From: Raphidiopsis brookii D9
GTDB taxonomy: Bacteria; Cyanobacteriota; Cyanobacteriia; Cyanobacteriales; Nostocaceae
Direction of reading: 5' to 3'
Assembly (NCBI GenBank): GCA_000175855.1
Contig: ACYB01000042.1
Coordinates: 180,001-212,000 of the forward strand
DNA length: 32,000 bases
Shown: positions 1-10,029 of the stretch, one piece after another
Position numbering within the stretch: position 1 is the stretch's first letter
How the letters are laid out: each line of letters starts with the position of its first letter
The notes under the pieces: generated by a model
What the model was told of the DNA's origin: nothing
Database searches by the model: none
Seen by the model: the letters and a program-made list of their open reading frames with translations, nothing else
Program-made: the position numbers and the translations under genes

Positions 1-1004
1 AAAAGGACCTGCACCTGGTTTTCCCACCTGTCCTGTGAGGAGATGTAAATCAATAATACTTCTTACCTTAGCAGTCCCTTCAGAAGATTGGTTCACACCC
101 ATTGACCATAAAGAAAGAACAGATTGGGCTTGACCCCAATATTTAGCAGCGGTTTCTAAATCTGCCAAAGAAATACCACATCGACTGGTAACAAGATCCG
201 GAGAATAATAATTAATGACCTGGATATAATCTGGGAAATTGCTAGTGTAATTATCCACAAAATTTACATCCCAAGAATTCCATTTCACCAATAGATGGGC
301 AATACCATTCAACAAATCAATATCAGTACCTGGAACAATGGCTAAATGTAAATCAGCTGTTTTAGCGGTGGGAGTGGAACGGGGGTCAACCACCACCATT
401 TTCACGTGAGGATTTTTCTTATGATATTTAGTTAATCGATTAAAAATAATGGGGTGACATTCTGCAGTATTGGTACCTATTAAAAAAACGCAGTCAGTTA
501 ATTCCAAATCATCATAACAGCAAGGAGGACCATCAGCACCAAAACTTTGGAGATATCCAGATACTGCACTAGACATACAAAGACGGGAATTAGCATCGAA
601 GTTATTAGTTCCTAAACAACCTTTCAGTAATTTTTGGGCAATATAATAATCTTCAGTTTGAAACTGTCCAGAGCCGTACATACAGATAGATTCTGGACCA
701 TAACTAACTAAAGTTTGTTGAATATGATTTGTAATGATAGTGAAGGCTTCCTCCCAGGAAATCAGGCGAAAATCTTGTGTTAAAGATTCTCGAAACATGG
801 GATATTGCAATCTATTTTTACATATTGCTTCCGCAACAGTTGCGCCTTTAACACATACCATTCCTTGACTAGAAGGATGAGATTTATCTCCACGAACACG
901 CCAATTATCTGTAGTGAAACTTGGAGGTTGGGTAAGGGAAGAGACTTCCAGTCCACAACCCACACCACAATAGGGACAAAGTGTTTTGATAAATTCGGTC
1001 ATAT
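1..1004 (-). CDS. narB: Ferredoxin-nitrate reductase (molybdopterin oxidoreductase), N-terminal part, truncated by the window edge
   Basis: Manual minus-strand translation from ATG at 1004: MTEFIKTLCPYCGVGCGLEVSS...RVRGDKSHPSSQGMVCVKGA...MYGSGQFQTEDYY...ANSRLCMSSAVSGY...SMGVNQSSEGTAKVRSIIDLHLLTGQVGKPGAGPF. Contains the CxxCxxxC 4Fe-4S motif and is last in the nirA-nrtABCD-narB order. Absent from the ORF track, probably because it is open at the edge. Confidence 0.95.
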
Positions 1005-1025
1005 TGGTAGATAAAAGTCGATAAA

Positions 1026-1892
1026 CTATTCTTCAACATGAGCACAACGACGATAGAGAAAATCCAGAGCATAGTTCCTCAAATGATAATATTCTGTACT
1101 TTCCATAATTTGACGACGCTGACGAGGACGAGAAAAAGGAATATCTAGTATTTCACCAATATTAGCAGCAGGTCCATTTGTCATCATGACCAATTTATCA
1201 GCTAGAAAAAGGGCTTCATCAATATCATGAGTAATCATTAACACAGTAACCTGATGATCTGACCAAATTTGCAGTAGTTCCTCTTGTAATTCTTCCTTAG
1301 TAATTGCATCCAAAGCACCAAAAGGTTCATCCAAAATCAGAACTTGAGGACGAATAGCCAAAGCACGAGCAATAGCCACCCTTTGTTTCATACCTCCTGA
1401 TATTTGATGGGGTTTCTTTTGAGCAGCTTCCGTCAGTCCTACCATACCTAAATGTTCTATGACTATAGACCGTTTTTCAGCCTGACTTTTATGAGGAAAT
1501 ACAGAGTCAACAGCAAGATAAACATTTTCAAAAACACTTAGCCAGGGAAGTAGACAATAGTTTTGAAAAACCATCATCCGGTCTGGTCCTGGTTCAGTAA
1601 CAGGTTCACCTTGCAACCAGACCATACCATTGGTAGGTTGATTGAATCCAGAAATCATATTTAACAATGTGGATTTACCACAACCAGAATGTCCAATGAA
1701 ACAAATAAATTCTCCTTCTTGGACTTTGAGACTAATGTTGTCTAAAACAGTATATGGTCCCTCGGCGGTGGGGTAAATTTTGTTCACACCGTCAATGAAT
1801 AGGAAGTCCCGTGATTTTTGGTGAGACTGTGGATTACCTAAAGCTTGAAGCTGAGTATTTTTAGGGAGATTCAATGTGGTCATGACTTTCAT
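1026..1892 (-). CDS. nrtD: Nitrate ABC transporter ATP-binding protein NrtD
   Basis: Walker [10 protein letters not shown], signature [15 protein letters not shown], Walker [14 protein letters not shown]-loop MITHDIDEA; position in operon. Confidence 0.95.
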   Translation of the reverse strand: MKVMTTLNLPKNTQLQALGNPQSHQKSRDFLFIDGVNKIYPTAEGPYTVLDNISLKVQEGEFICFIGHSGCGKSTLLNMISGFNQPTNGMVWLQGEPVTEPGPDRMMVFQNYCLLPWLSVFENVYLAVDSVFPHKSQAEKRSIVIEHLGMVGLTEAAQKKPHQISGGMKQRVAIARALAIRPQVLILDEPFGALDAITKEELQEELLQIWSDHQVTVLMITHDIDEALFLADKLVMMTNGPAANIGEILDIPFSRPRQRRQIMESTEYYHLRNYALDFLYRRCAHVEE

Positions 1893-1948
1893 CCTTTAAT
1901 TTAGTTAATTCGGTGTTAAGTAAGTGTTAATTCAGTGAGTGGATGGCA

Positions 1949-3921
1949 CTAGACCAGAGCTTCTTCAACTCGCACCTGAGATTTAATGGCTAAACCTGTA
2001 AGATATTCTAGGGGTTGAGAGGGATTAAATGTTTTACCATCAAATAACTGAATAGATTCTTCCCTACCAATATCCAAAATGCCCACTTCTCTCGCAGCTA
2101 CACCAAAAATATCTGGACGACAAACTCGGTCAATTATTTCTACCCAGTTTTTAGGGAAAGCAATAAAACCCCATCGAGCTAATTGGGTAAGGATCCAGAG
2201 CATTTCATGACGGTTGGGATAGTTGGCTTGGTGTAGATAAAACTGATGGGAAGTTTGAGAATGTCGATGATAGTTAGTTTGATAACTTTCTAATAATTCA
2301 GAGCGTAAATTTACATGATGATCACCTATATATTGAGGTTGAGAAATCAGACTAATAATTTCTGACTCATTACGAATATCATCGCAATATTCACAAGCTG
2401 CTAGGAGCGATTTAACTAAGGATAAATGTGTTTGAGGATATTGTTGGGACCAATTTTCTGTAACTCCTAGTATTTTATCTACATGTCCCTGCCAAATATC
2501 TGAAGTTGGCAACATAATAAACCCCAAATTTTGCTCAACAGCACAGGTATTCCAGGGTTCACTAACACAATAACCATCAACTTTTCTTTCCTGGATAAAA
2601 TCAACCATTTCATCCGGTGGAATTACTATTAGTCTGACATCCTTATCTGGTTCAATACCACTTGCTGCTAACCAATAACGCAATAACAAATTTTGCATTG
2701 ATGCTGGATGAACAACTCCCAAAGTGTAAGTTTTATCAAGGTCAGTGTTGACTGTTTTTTCTAGATCTGCAGCATTTCTTACACCATTTGCCCATAGTTC
2801 TTGACTTAAAGTAATAGCACTACCGTTGCGAGATAGAGTCATTGCTGTTACCATAGGGGTTGGTGTTTTTCCCATAGCACCTAGAGTCATAGCTAATGGC
2901 ATACCAGCAACCATTTGAGCAGCATCCAGTTTAGCACTAGCTACACTTTGGGCAATATCTTGCCAATTTTTTCAGGTATTAGGTTCACCTGTAAACCACA
3001 TTCTGCGAAGAAACCTTTTTCTTGGGCAATAATTAAAGGTGCAGCTTGGGTTATAGGAAGATAACCGATTTGTAAGTGAACTTTTTCTGGTTGATTGGTG
3101 GAAATAAGGATTGGTGATATGGTTTGTTTTTGACGCTGTTTTGCCAGCTTTTGTTGGTTGAGGAAGTAGATCATTTGATTCCGCAGATTGTAATAACTGG
3201 GATGTTCAACAACCTCTAATCTTTGTCGGGGACGGGGAATAGATACTTCTAAAATTTGTCCAATGTGTGCTTCTGGTCCATTGGTTAACATGACAATTCG
3301 GTCACTTAATAATAGGGCTTCATCCACGTCATGTGTTACCATCACACAAGTGATTTTATGTTCATTACAAATTTTCATTAATTGCTCTTGCAAATTACCC
3401 CTAGTTAGAGCATCCAAAGCACCAAAAGGTTCATCCAACAATAACAATTTCGGTCTGGTAGCTAAAGCACGAGCAATGGCCACTCTTTGTTTCATCCCTC
3501 CAGATAATTGACCAGGAAGTTTTTTAGCAGCACGACGCAACCCTACTAAGTCAATATGTTCTTCAATAATTTTTTGCCGTTCTCCTACAGATAGATCCTG
3601 ATGCACCTCATCCACTGCTAAGGCAATATTGCCCTCAACTGTTAACCAGGGAAGTAAGGAATAATTTTGAAAAATTACCATTCTATCTGGACCAGGTTCT
3701 CTCACTTCTCGACCTTCTAAGGTCACTCCACCAATAGTGGCTTGATCTAGACCAGCAATAATATTGAGGAGAGTGGATTTACCACAGCCAGAATGACCGA
3801 TGAGAGAAATAAATTCTCCTTGACTAACCTTTAACTCAATATTTTTCAAAGCAATATATTTACCACCATAAGGGAGGTTGAATATTTTATCTACGTGGTC
3901 AATTTCTACGAAGGTGTTCAT
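1949..3921 (-). CDS. nrtC: Nitrate ABC transporter NrtC (ATPase fused to NrtA-like C-terminal domain), split by an apparent -1 frameshift near 2967-2972
   Basis: ORFs 2941..3969 (ATPase, [20 protein letters not shown]...) and 1949..2914 ([20 protein letters not shown]...) join as ...VNLIPEK[N][30 protein letters not shown] if one base is restored in the A6 run. Likely start at 3921. Confidence 0.9.
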
Positions 3922-3946
3922 GGTCTTCCGGTAATTATGGTAAAAG

Positions 3947-4799
3947 TTATTTTTGCTCTTTTTGTACAATCTTCTCAGCTATAAAAGCCACTGTTCTATC
4001 TAACATCAGTCCCACTATTCCCACATAGATTAGGGCGACAATAATCTCACTCAAATTCGTATCTGTGGTAGTATTATAGGCATCCCAAATAAATGAACCT
4101 ATACCCACACCACCTACCAACATTTCTGCAGCTACAATGGCCAACCAAGATAACCCAATACCAATTCTCAGTCCGGTAAAGATATAGGGAACTGTGGCTG
4201 GGAAAACTAATTTTTAAAAAATATTTGCCCTGACGTAAACGTAAAACTCGGGCCACATTCACATAGTCTTGGGGAATATTTTGTACTCCCACAGTTGTAT
4301 TGATTAAAATTGGCCAAATTGAAGTGATAAAAATCACAAAAATCGCTGAAGGATTGGCTTGTTGAAAAGCTGCTAAGGAAATAGGTAACCAAGCTAGGGG
4401 TGGAATAGTTCTTAATACCTGGAAAATAGGGTCTACCGCATTATATAAAAATCTATTGGCACCAATTAATATGCCCAAAAAAATACCCACAATGGTAGCT
4501 AGAGAAAACCCCAATCCTACTCTCCCTAGACTGGTCAAAATCTGCCAACCTAAGCCTTTATCGCTATCACCATTATCAAAAAATGGCTTAATAATAAAGG
4601 GATCCCAGGTTTCAACAAAAGTTTCTAAAGGACCTGGTAATTGAAATCCGGGAATGGAACAGAGTAATTGCCACAACATCAAAAATATGACCAGTCCACA
4701 TAGTGGTGGTAATACCTTATGCACTAAAAATTTGTTAATTGTTCTAATTGCTTTTTGTCGTTTAGTGCTAATTTTCTGATTTGTTACCCCCACGGACAT
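3947..4799 (-). CDS. nrtB: Nitrate ABC transporter permease NrtB, split by an apparent +1 frameshift near 4211-4221
   Basis: ORFs 4074..4868 and 3947..4144. Removing one base in the T6A5 tract gives [43 protein letters not shown], a typical permease motif region. Likely start at 4799 (MSVGVTNQ...). Confidence 0.9.
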
Positions 4800-4891
4800 C
4801 TTCTTCTTGCTCCTTATTGTGGAAATTGGTTTTGTGATTTCGTGTCTCCCATAACTCCCGTACCCCATATCAGAATTGCCCTATTTGTGGA

Positions 4892-6184
4892 CTAGACCTT
4901 TTTAATAGGTAAACTGTTTAAATATTCTTCTGGTTTTTCTGGGTCAAACTTCACCCCATCAAAAAATGTTTCTACCCCTCGCGATGAACTAGTAGGAATT
5001 TCCGCTGCAGGGACTCCTAAAGCTGTGGCCGCTTTTTTCCACAAATCTTCTCGATTTACCTGATCAACAATGGTTTTAACATCCGTATCCCTGGGTAAAT
5101 AACCCCAACGAATATCCTCAGTCAAAAACCAAATATCATGGCTCTTATAGGGGTAAGAAGCATTGTCAGCCCAGAATTTCATTCGATAGGGGAAGTTTTC
5201 TATTTTGCGACCATCTCCATAATCTATATTGCCTTTAGATCGCTCTAAAATATCTTTGACAGCAACATTGAAGTATTTTCTGTCAGCACAGATTTGGCAC
5301 ATTTCTTCCTTATTTTCATTTTTTTCGCACCATTGTTGGGCTTCCATAACTGCCATTAATAATGCTTGTGCTGCATTGGGATTTTGATCGACCCAGTCTT
5401 TCCTCATAGTAAAGGCTTTTTCTGGGTGATCCTTCCATAATTCTCCTGTAACTAAAGCTGAGTAACCCAATTTTTGACTAACCAATTGGGCATTCCATGG
5501 TTCACCTACACAAAAAGCATCCACTGTACCCACTTTCATATTGGCTACCATTTGTGGTGGTGGAACTGGCTCTAATATCACATCTTGATCAGGATTAATC
5601 CCACTAGCAGCTAACCAATAACGCACCCATAAATCATGGTTACCTCCAGGGAAGGTAATGGCAAATTTGATGGGTTTTTTTCTTGCTTTAGCCTTACTCG
5701 CTGGTTCTTTGAGCAATTCGCTCTTTAACCTCAAGTTTATAGCTTTGAATTTTTCAGCAACAGAAATGGCTTGACCATTAGTATTTAATCTAGCTAAAAT
5801 ATACATTGGTATCTTATCATTGACGGTTATTAAATAGGGCATGGGACTGAGAATATGGGCACCGTCAATACCACCACCTGATGAACCAATTTTCAGGTTG
5901 TCACGAGTTACCGGCCAGGATTTTTGCTTGCTAACCTCCACATCTGTCATGCCATATTTGGCAAAAAAACCCTTCTCTTTAGCAATAATTAGGGGAGCTG
6001 AATCCGTTAGAGCGATAAATCCCAATTTGGCCTTAGTGGTTTCTACTTTAGCTGTATTACTAATTTGGGTTGAGGAGTTGGTTCCTGACCCGGAGTTGTC
6101 AGATGCACAACCATGTGCTACAATTGTGCTAGCTGCTGCTACACCAGATGTAATCAGAAATTTTCTGCGGGAAATATTCTTCAT
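4892..6184 (-). CDS. nrtA: Nitrate ABC transporter substrate-binding lipoprotein NrtA
   Basis: Signal/lipobox region RRKFLITSGVAAASTIVAHGC, then LGFIALTDSAPLIIAKEKGFFAKYGM; position between nirA and nrtB. Confidence 0.95.
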   Translation of the reverse strand: MKNISRRKFLITSGVAAASTIVAHGCASDNSGSGTNSSTQISNTAKVETTKAKLGFIALTDSAPLIIAKEKGFFAKYGMTDVEVSKQKSWPVTRDNLKIGSSGGGIDGAHILSPMPYLITVNDKIPMYILARLNTNGQAISVAEKFKAINLRLKSELLKEPASKAKARKKPIKFAITFPGGNHDLWVRYWLAASGINPDQDVILEPVPPPQMVANMKVGTVDAFCVGEPWNAQLVSQKLGYSALVTGELWKDHPEKAFTMRKDWVDQNPNAAQALLMAVMEAQQWCEKNENKEEMCQICADRKYFNVAVKDILERSKGNIDYGDGRKIENFPYRMKFWADNASYPYKSHDIWFLTEDIRWGYLPRDTDVKTIVDQVNREDLWKKAATALGVPAAEIPTSSSRGVETFFDGVKFDPEKPEEYLNSLPIKKV

Positions 6185-6200
6185 TTTAACTCTCTATTAA

Positions 6201-7769
6201 CTATTTGCTATTTGTGACTGTGGTCTGAGTTTGATCTGCTGTGTGTTCGCGCACTTTTGCCCCAAACTGTTTTAGCAGGATATCTTTCAATATCGGTTGC
6301 AGGTCTTCACAAGCAACTCCTTTCTGAATACAGGTTCCTAACCTGGCATCTTTGCCAACTTTTCCACCCATATAAATGTCAACGCCTTCCAAGGTTTGCC
6401 CATTTTTTCGCACTTTGGTTCCCATTAGTCCAATATCCGCTACTTGAGGTTGTCCACAGGAGTTTGGACACCCTGTCCAGTGAATACGTACGGGTTTTGA
6501 TAGGATTAATTCCTGTTCCAAAGCTTGAGTCATGACTATGGCTCGTTTCTTAGTTTCTATGAGGGCAAAATTGCAAAACTGGGCCCCAGTGCAGGAGACA
6601 ACCGATCGCATTAATAAACCAGGACTGACACTGAATTTTTTCAATATTGGTTCGGTCAGAAGTGTATTTAATCCTGAATCGGGAATATTGGGAATGATGG
6701 CATTCTGCTCAACCGTAAACCTTATTTCCCCGCTACCATAAACTTCTGCTAGTCTGGCCAGTTGAAACATATCATCCGCAGTTAGTCTCCCCACGGGAAT
6801 GTTTAATCCTACATAATTTAACCCCGGTTGTTTTTGGGGGTAAACGCCAATGTGATCTCGTTTTTCCCAATCTATTTCATCTTTGGGCGCTGCGGTTTGC
6901 AAACTTTTTCCCCATTGTTTTTCCACTTCGTCCCGGAATTTTTCTAACCCCCATTCATCAATTAACCACATTAATCGAGCCTTTTGCCGGTTCAAACGTA
7001 ACCCATGGTCTCGAAATATTTCTACTATGGCTTTAGATAGGTTAACTACTTCTTCTGGTTTTACCCAAACATTTAAGGGAATAGCAGCTTCACAGCGTTT
7101 ACCTGAGAAAAATCCACCAACTAAAACGTTAAAACCGAATGCTTCTTTAAATGCTGGTACAAATGCCAAATCATTAATTTCTGCATGAATGGAATTATCT
7201 TTTCCTCCAGTAACCCCAATATTAAACTTACGGGGAAGATTGGTAAACTCTGGATTACCTTCCCCCCTATTAGTTAACATATCCTGTATTTGCTGCACTA
7301 GTTCTCTGGTATCATAGAACTCGTTGGCATCTAGACCCGCCAGGGGATCACCTGTAATATTACGGACATTATCCATACCAGATTGAATGCTGGTCAGCCC
7401 AACTTTGTGAAATTTGTTAAAGATATCAGGAATATCTGAAAAATCTATGCCACGAAGTTGTATATTCTGTCTAGTAGTGATGTCCGCGCTGCCTTCCATA
7501 TCGTAACGCTGTATCACTTCGGCTAAAACACACATTTGAGTGCTGGTGAGAATACCATTAGGTATCCGCATTCGCACCATAAACTTACCGGGAGTCACTG
7601 GACGAAAAAACACACCCAACCATTTTAGGCGGTGGTTGAGGTCGTTTTCTTCCATGGCTTCCCAACCTTGACGAGCAAATTCGCTGATTTCTTGTTTGAC
7701 TAGTAGTCCGTCCTTTTCAGCTTTTAATTTCTCGAACTTATTGAGCTTTTCGCTACCTGTTTCTGTCAT
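6201..7769 (-). CDS. nirA: Ferredoxin-nitrite reductase
   Basis: Sirohaem/4Fe-4S motifs CTGAQFCNFALIETK and WTGCPNSCGQPQVADIGLMG; first gene of the operon. Confidence 0.96.
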   Translation of the reverse strand: MTETGSEKLNKFEKLKAEKDGLLVKQEISEFARQGWEAMEENDLNHRLKWLGVFFRPVTPGKFMVRMRIPNGILTSTQMCVLAEVIQRYDMEGSADITTRQNIQLRGIDFSDIPDIFNKFHKVGLTSIQSGMDNVRNITGDPLAGLDANEFYDTRELVQQIQDMLTNRGEGNPEFTNLPRKFNIGVTGGKDNSIHAEINDLAFVPAFKEAFGFNVLVGGFFSGKRCEAAIPLNVWVKPEEVVNLSKAIVEIFRDHGLRLNRQKARLMWLIDEWGLEKFRDEVEKQWGKSLQTAAPKDEIDWEKRDHIGVYPQKQPGLNYVGLNIPVGRLTADDMFQLARLAEVYGSGEIRFTVEQNAIIPNIPDSGLNTLLTEPILKKFSVSPGLLMRSVVSCTGAQFCNFALIETKKRAIVMTQALEQELILSKPVRIHWTGCPNSCGQPQVADIGLMGTKVRKNGQTLEGVDIYMGGKVGKDARLGTCIQKGVACEDLQPILKDILLKQFGAKVREHTADQTQTTVTNSK

Positions 7770-7892
7770 AGGTTTTTGGGGAACAGGATGTGGTTAATTA
7801 TGGATCCATGTTCTTAAATCGTGCCAACCACCCACCGAAAAACAACTGCTGGTAGTTCTCTGGTAGGGGGTTGTAACAATTTCGATATTGAT

Positions 7893-7898
7893 AATTTA
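7893..7898 (-). promoter_or_regulatory. -10 box (TAAATT) of the nirA operon promoter
   Basis: Minus-strand TAAATT matches the TAN3T form and lies exactly 22 nt from the NtcA box, the usual class II NtcA promoter spacing. Confidence 0.75.
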
Positions 7899-7920
7899 GG
7901 GCAAATTTCGGGAGGGATTC

Positions 7921-7934
7921 GTATACTCAGTTAC
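7921..7934 (-). promoter_or_regulatory. NtcA-binding site GTA-N8-TAC upstream of nirA
   Basis: Plus strand GTATACTCAGTTAC; perfect GTAN8TAC palindrome in the nirA upstream region. Confidence 0.88.
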
Positions 7935-7961
7935 GGAATTCTCAGAAATTCTCGGATGCTA

Positions 7962-7974
7962 TGCAGATTTTGCA
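7962..7974. promoter_or_regulatory. LysR-type dyad TGCA-N5-TGCA, candidate NtcB site
   Basis: TGCAGATTTTGCA (extended ATGCA-GATTT-TGCAT), 27 nt upstream of the NtcA box relative to nirA. Fits the T-N11-A LysR form and the reported NtcB motif for cyanobacterial nitrate operons. Confidence 0.65.
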
Positions 7975-8009
7975 TTTATTATTAGCATTTTTCACATAGG
8001 AGATGATTT

Positions 8010-8444
8010 ATGAAAAGACGTGAGTTTTTCCAGTGGGTGGGTTTAAGTTTATTAGCTAGTTCTTTACCTATAGCATTTGCCGCTTTAACATCAGAGGATG
8101 ATACATTAGCATCATCAGTTTCAAATAAAGCGGCTAAAGACTGGCAAAAAATTGGGAGTGTTGCCCAATTGGATAGAACTGGGCAACTACTGGTGGAAAA
8201 TTCCCCTATAGGGGCGATTTTGGTGGTGGGAACATCTAAAAAACCAAAGAATTTAATAGCAGTTAGACCTAACTGTACCCATCAGGGTTGTACTGTGGAA
8301 TGGAAAAGTAATCAATTTGCCTGTCCTTGTCATGGAGCAAGATTTGGTGCTAATGGTAAGGTAAGGAATGGTCCAGCTGAAAAACCTTTAAGAACCTATT
8401 TGGCTAAAATCGAAGGTGGTTCTGTTTTTGTTAGATCAGTGTGA
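8010..8444 (+). CDS. Rieske [2Fe-2S] protein with possible Tat-type signal
   Basis: MKRREFFQWVGLSLLASSLPIAFA leader; Rieske motifs CTHQGC and CPCHGARF; upstream AGGAG. Confidence 0.9.
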   Translation: MKRREFFQWVGLSLLASSLPIAFAALTSEDDTLASSVSNKAAKDWQKIGSVAQLDRTGQLLVENSPIGAILVVGTSKKPKNLIAVRPNCTHQGCTVEWKSNQFACPCHGARFGANGKVRNGPAEKPLRTYLAKIEGGSVFVRSV

Positions 8445-8502
8445 TTTTCTAACTACGAATCACACAAAAATAACTTCTAGTCCAAAGAGACGGAAGTTTT
8501 TT

Positions 8503-8545
8503 TAAATGATGAATCCCCGTCTCTTTAAAGCGGGGAGAATGTCAA
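8503..8545 (+). mobile_element. Possible orphan IS200/IS605-type right-end hairpin
   Basis: GAATCCCCGTCTCTTTAAAGCGGGGAGAATGTCAA: CCCCG...CGGGG hairpin, then a tail ending in GTCAA, resembling tnpB-element 3' ends. The match is from memory, not an alignment. Confidence 0.4.
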
Positions 8546-8877
8546 TTACACCAGGAGGTAATGGGCACAATGGGGGAATCAATCCGAATATCTTGTAAAT
8601 ATTGCTCTAGGATCTGAAATTGGCACAAATTTAAACTATAGTATATCCAGCGTCCTTCTTGGCGATTTATAACCAGATTTGTCTGTTTAAGAATTTTCAG
8701 ATGAAAAGAAAGTTTAGATTGACTAATATCTAAAGTGTTACACAAGTCACACACACATAGTTCTCGATGGCGCAACAACTCTATTACACCAATCCTAATA
8801 GGATCGGACAAAGCGTGAAAAGTCTGGGCTATGAGATGATGGTTTGTGTGCAAAGAAGTGGGCATGGACTTCTCCAA
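8542..8877 (-). CDS. ArsR/SmtB-family transcriptional regulator with arsenic-type ELCVCDLC motif
   Basis: Winged-helix sequence ALSDPIRIGVIELLRHRELCVCDLCNTLDISQSKLSFHLKILKQTNLV. Confidence 0.88.
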   Translation of the reverse strand: MEKSMPTSLHTNHHLIAQTFHALSDPIRIGVIELLRHRELCVCDLCNTLDISQSKLSFHLKILKQTNLVINRQEGRWIYYSLNLCQFQILEQYLQDIRIDSPIVPITSWCN

Positions 8878-8880
8878 TAT

Positions 8881-9825
8881 TCAGACTACCATCTTAGCAT
8901 CTTTAGCTAGTATTTCGTCGTCAACGGAAAAATCTATTTCTCCTTGAGCTGCACCACTGGTTAAATAGTCATTTTGAAAGGAATCTTGCAAACCGGAAAT
9001 TAAATCATACTGGGGTTGCCAATTTAATTCTGTAATTGCTCTATTCACAGATGCAAAAAAGTGTTGTGCCCTCATGGGAAAAGCCTTACGCTTACCAAAA
9101 TCAAACTTTTTAGGGTCATAATGGACAATTTTCACACTCTCACCAGACTTACCAGCAGCAATAGCACAAGCACGAGCTAAACCGTCAAAGGTCACAAAGC
9201 GATCGCCTGAAACATTATAAATCTTACCGACAGCTGTTTGATTACCAATTACCTGTAACATTGCCTGAGCTAAATCTTGAACATGGCCTAGTTGGGTAAT
9301 ATGTAACCCGTTACCTGGAATGGGAATAGGGCGATCGCGCACTATGCGGTCAAAGAACCAACTTTCCAGGGGATTATAATTCTTCGGTCCGTAAATATAA
9401 GTGGGACGAATGGAAGTAAAAGGAATTCCTAACTGTTGTAAAAAGGACTCAGTCTCATGTTTACCACGATGACGACTTTTAGGATCAATAGTATCCCCTT
9501 CTACATGGGGCAATTGATCGGATTTAAGATACACTCCAGCTGAACTCATATAAATAAAGTGTTTAACCCTTCCCTGGAACATTTTTGCCAGAGGTTCCGT
9601 ATCAGTAAGTTCCCGACCATTATTATCAAAAATGACATCGAAACTCTCCTGGGATAACTTAGACAACTGACTAGGATCAGTGCGATCGCCAATAACTTGA
9701 CCTACGCCATTTGGTGTGGGATGATTGCCACGATTAAACAATACTACTTCGTGTCCAGCCTTAATTAGTAATTGGGTTAAATAAACACCAATGAACCGAG
9801 TTCCACCAATAACCAGAATACGCAT
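8881..9825 (-). CDS. NAD-dependent epimerase/dehydratase, CSP41b-like
   Basis: MRILVIGGTRFIGVYLTQLLIKAGHEVVLFNRG Rossmann motif, YMSSAGVY. The in-track start at 9939 is probably too far upstream; the ATG at 9825 fits better. Confidence 0.85.
   Translation of the reverse strand: MRILVIGGTRFIGVYLTQLLIKAGHEVVLFNRGNHPTPNGVGQVIGDRTDPSQLSKLSQESFDVIFDNNGRELTDTEPLAKMFQGRVKHFIYMSSAGVYLKSDQLPHVEGDTIDPKSRHRGKHETESFLQQLGIPFTSIRPTYIYGPKNYNPLESWFFDRIVRDRPIPIPGNGLHITQLGHVQDLAQAMLQVIGNQTAVGKIYNVSGDRFVTFDGLARACAIAAGKSGESVKIVHYDPKKFDFGKRKAFPMRAQHFFASVNRAITELNWQPQYDLISGLQDSFQNDYLTSGAAQGEIDFSVDDEILAKDAKMVV
9199..9206. repeat. HIP1 octamer GCGATCGC (one of at least seven)
   Basis: Also at 9331-9338, 9682-9689, 19250-19257, 21624-21631, 25418-25425, 25683-25690; a known cyanobacterial palindrome. 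Confidence 0.9.
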
Positions 9826-10029
9826 AAAATCACCATATCTGACAAACTTGAGGAGAAAAAATCGCCTGTGAATTGAGAGTATCACAGAGCTTGTCCTAAG
9901 TTGACAATTTAATAAATAAACCTGTACACTCATAAACAAACCAAGGATAATCTCAAAAATGCTATTGACAAACCTGTACGAGATATGTCAGACTCAGAAA
10001 ACAAAGAAATACAGTGCTAAGGATAAGTA

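Noticed and set aside
780-968. Minus-strand 62-aa ORF in the track
   Set aside because: It is an alternative frame inside the N-terminal coding sequence of narB, which itself is open to the window edge.
805-1014. Plus-strand ORF overlapping narB
   Set aside because: Lies antisense to well-supported narB coding sequence and has no recognisable family; same reasoning for the antisense ORFs at 3263, 4207, 4456, 5841, 6257, 6532, 6883, 11961, 12195, 12916, 14831, 15220, 16473-17153, 18049, 19104, 20179, 21096, 22655, 23218, 28101, 30587 and 31384.
1949-4799. Programmed ribosomal frameshifting or intentional domain splitting in nrtB/nrtC
   Set aside because: Four unrelated genes in the same window show the same type of indel, of mixed sign and not at a shared slippery motif, so a technical cause is simpler.
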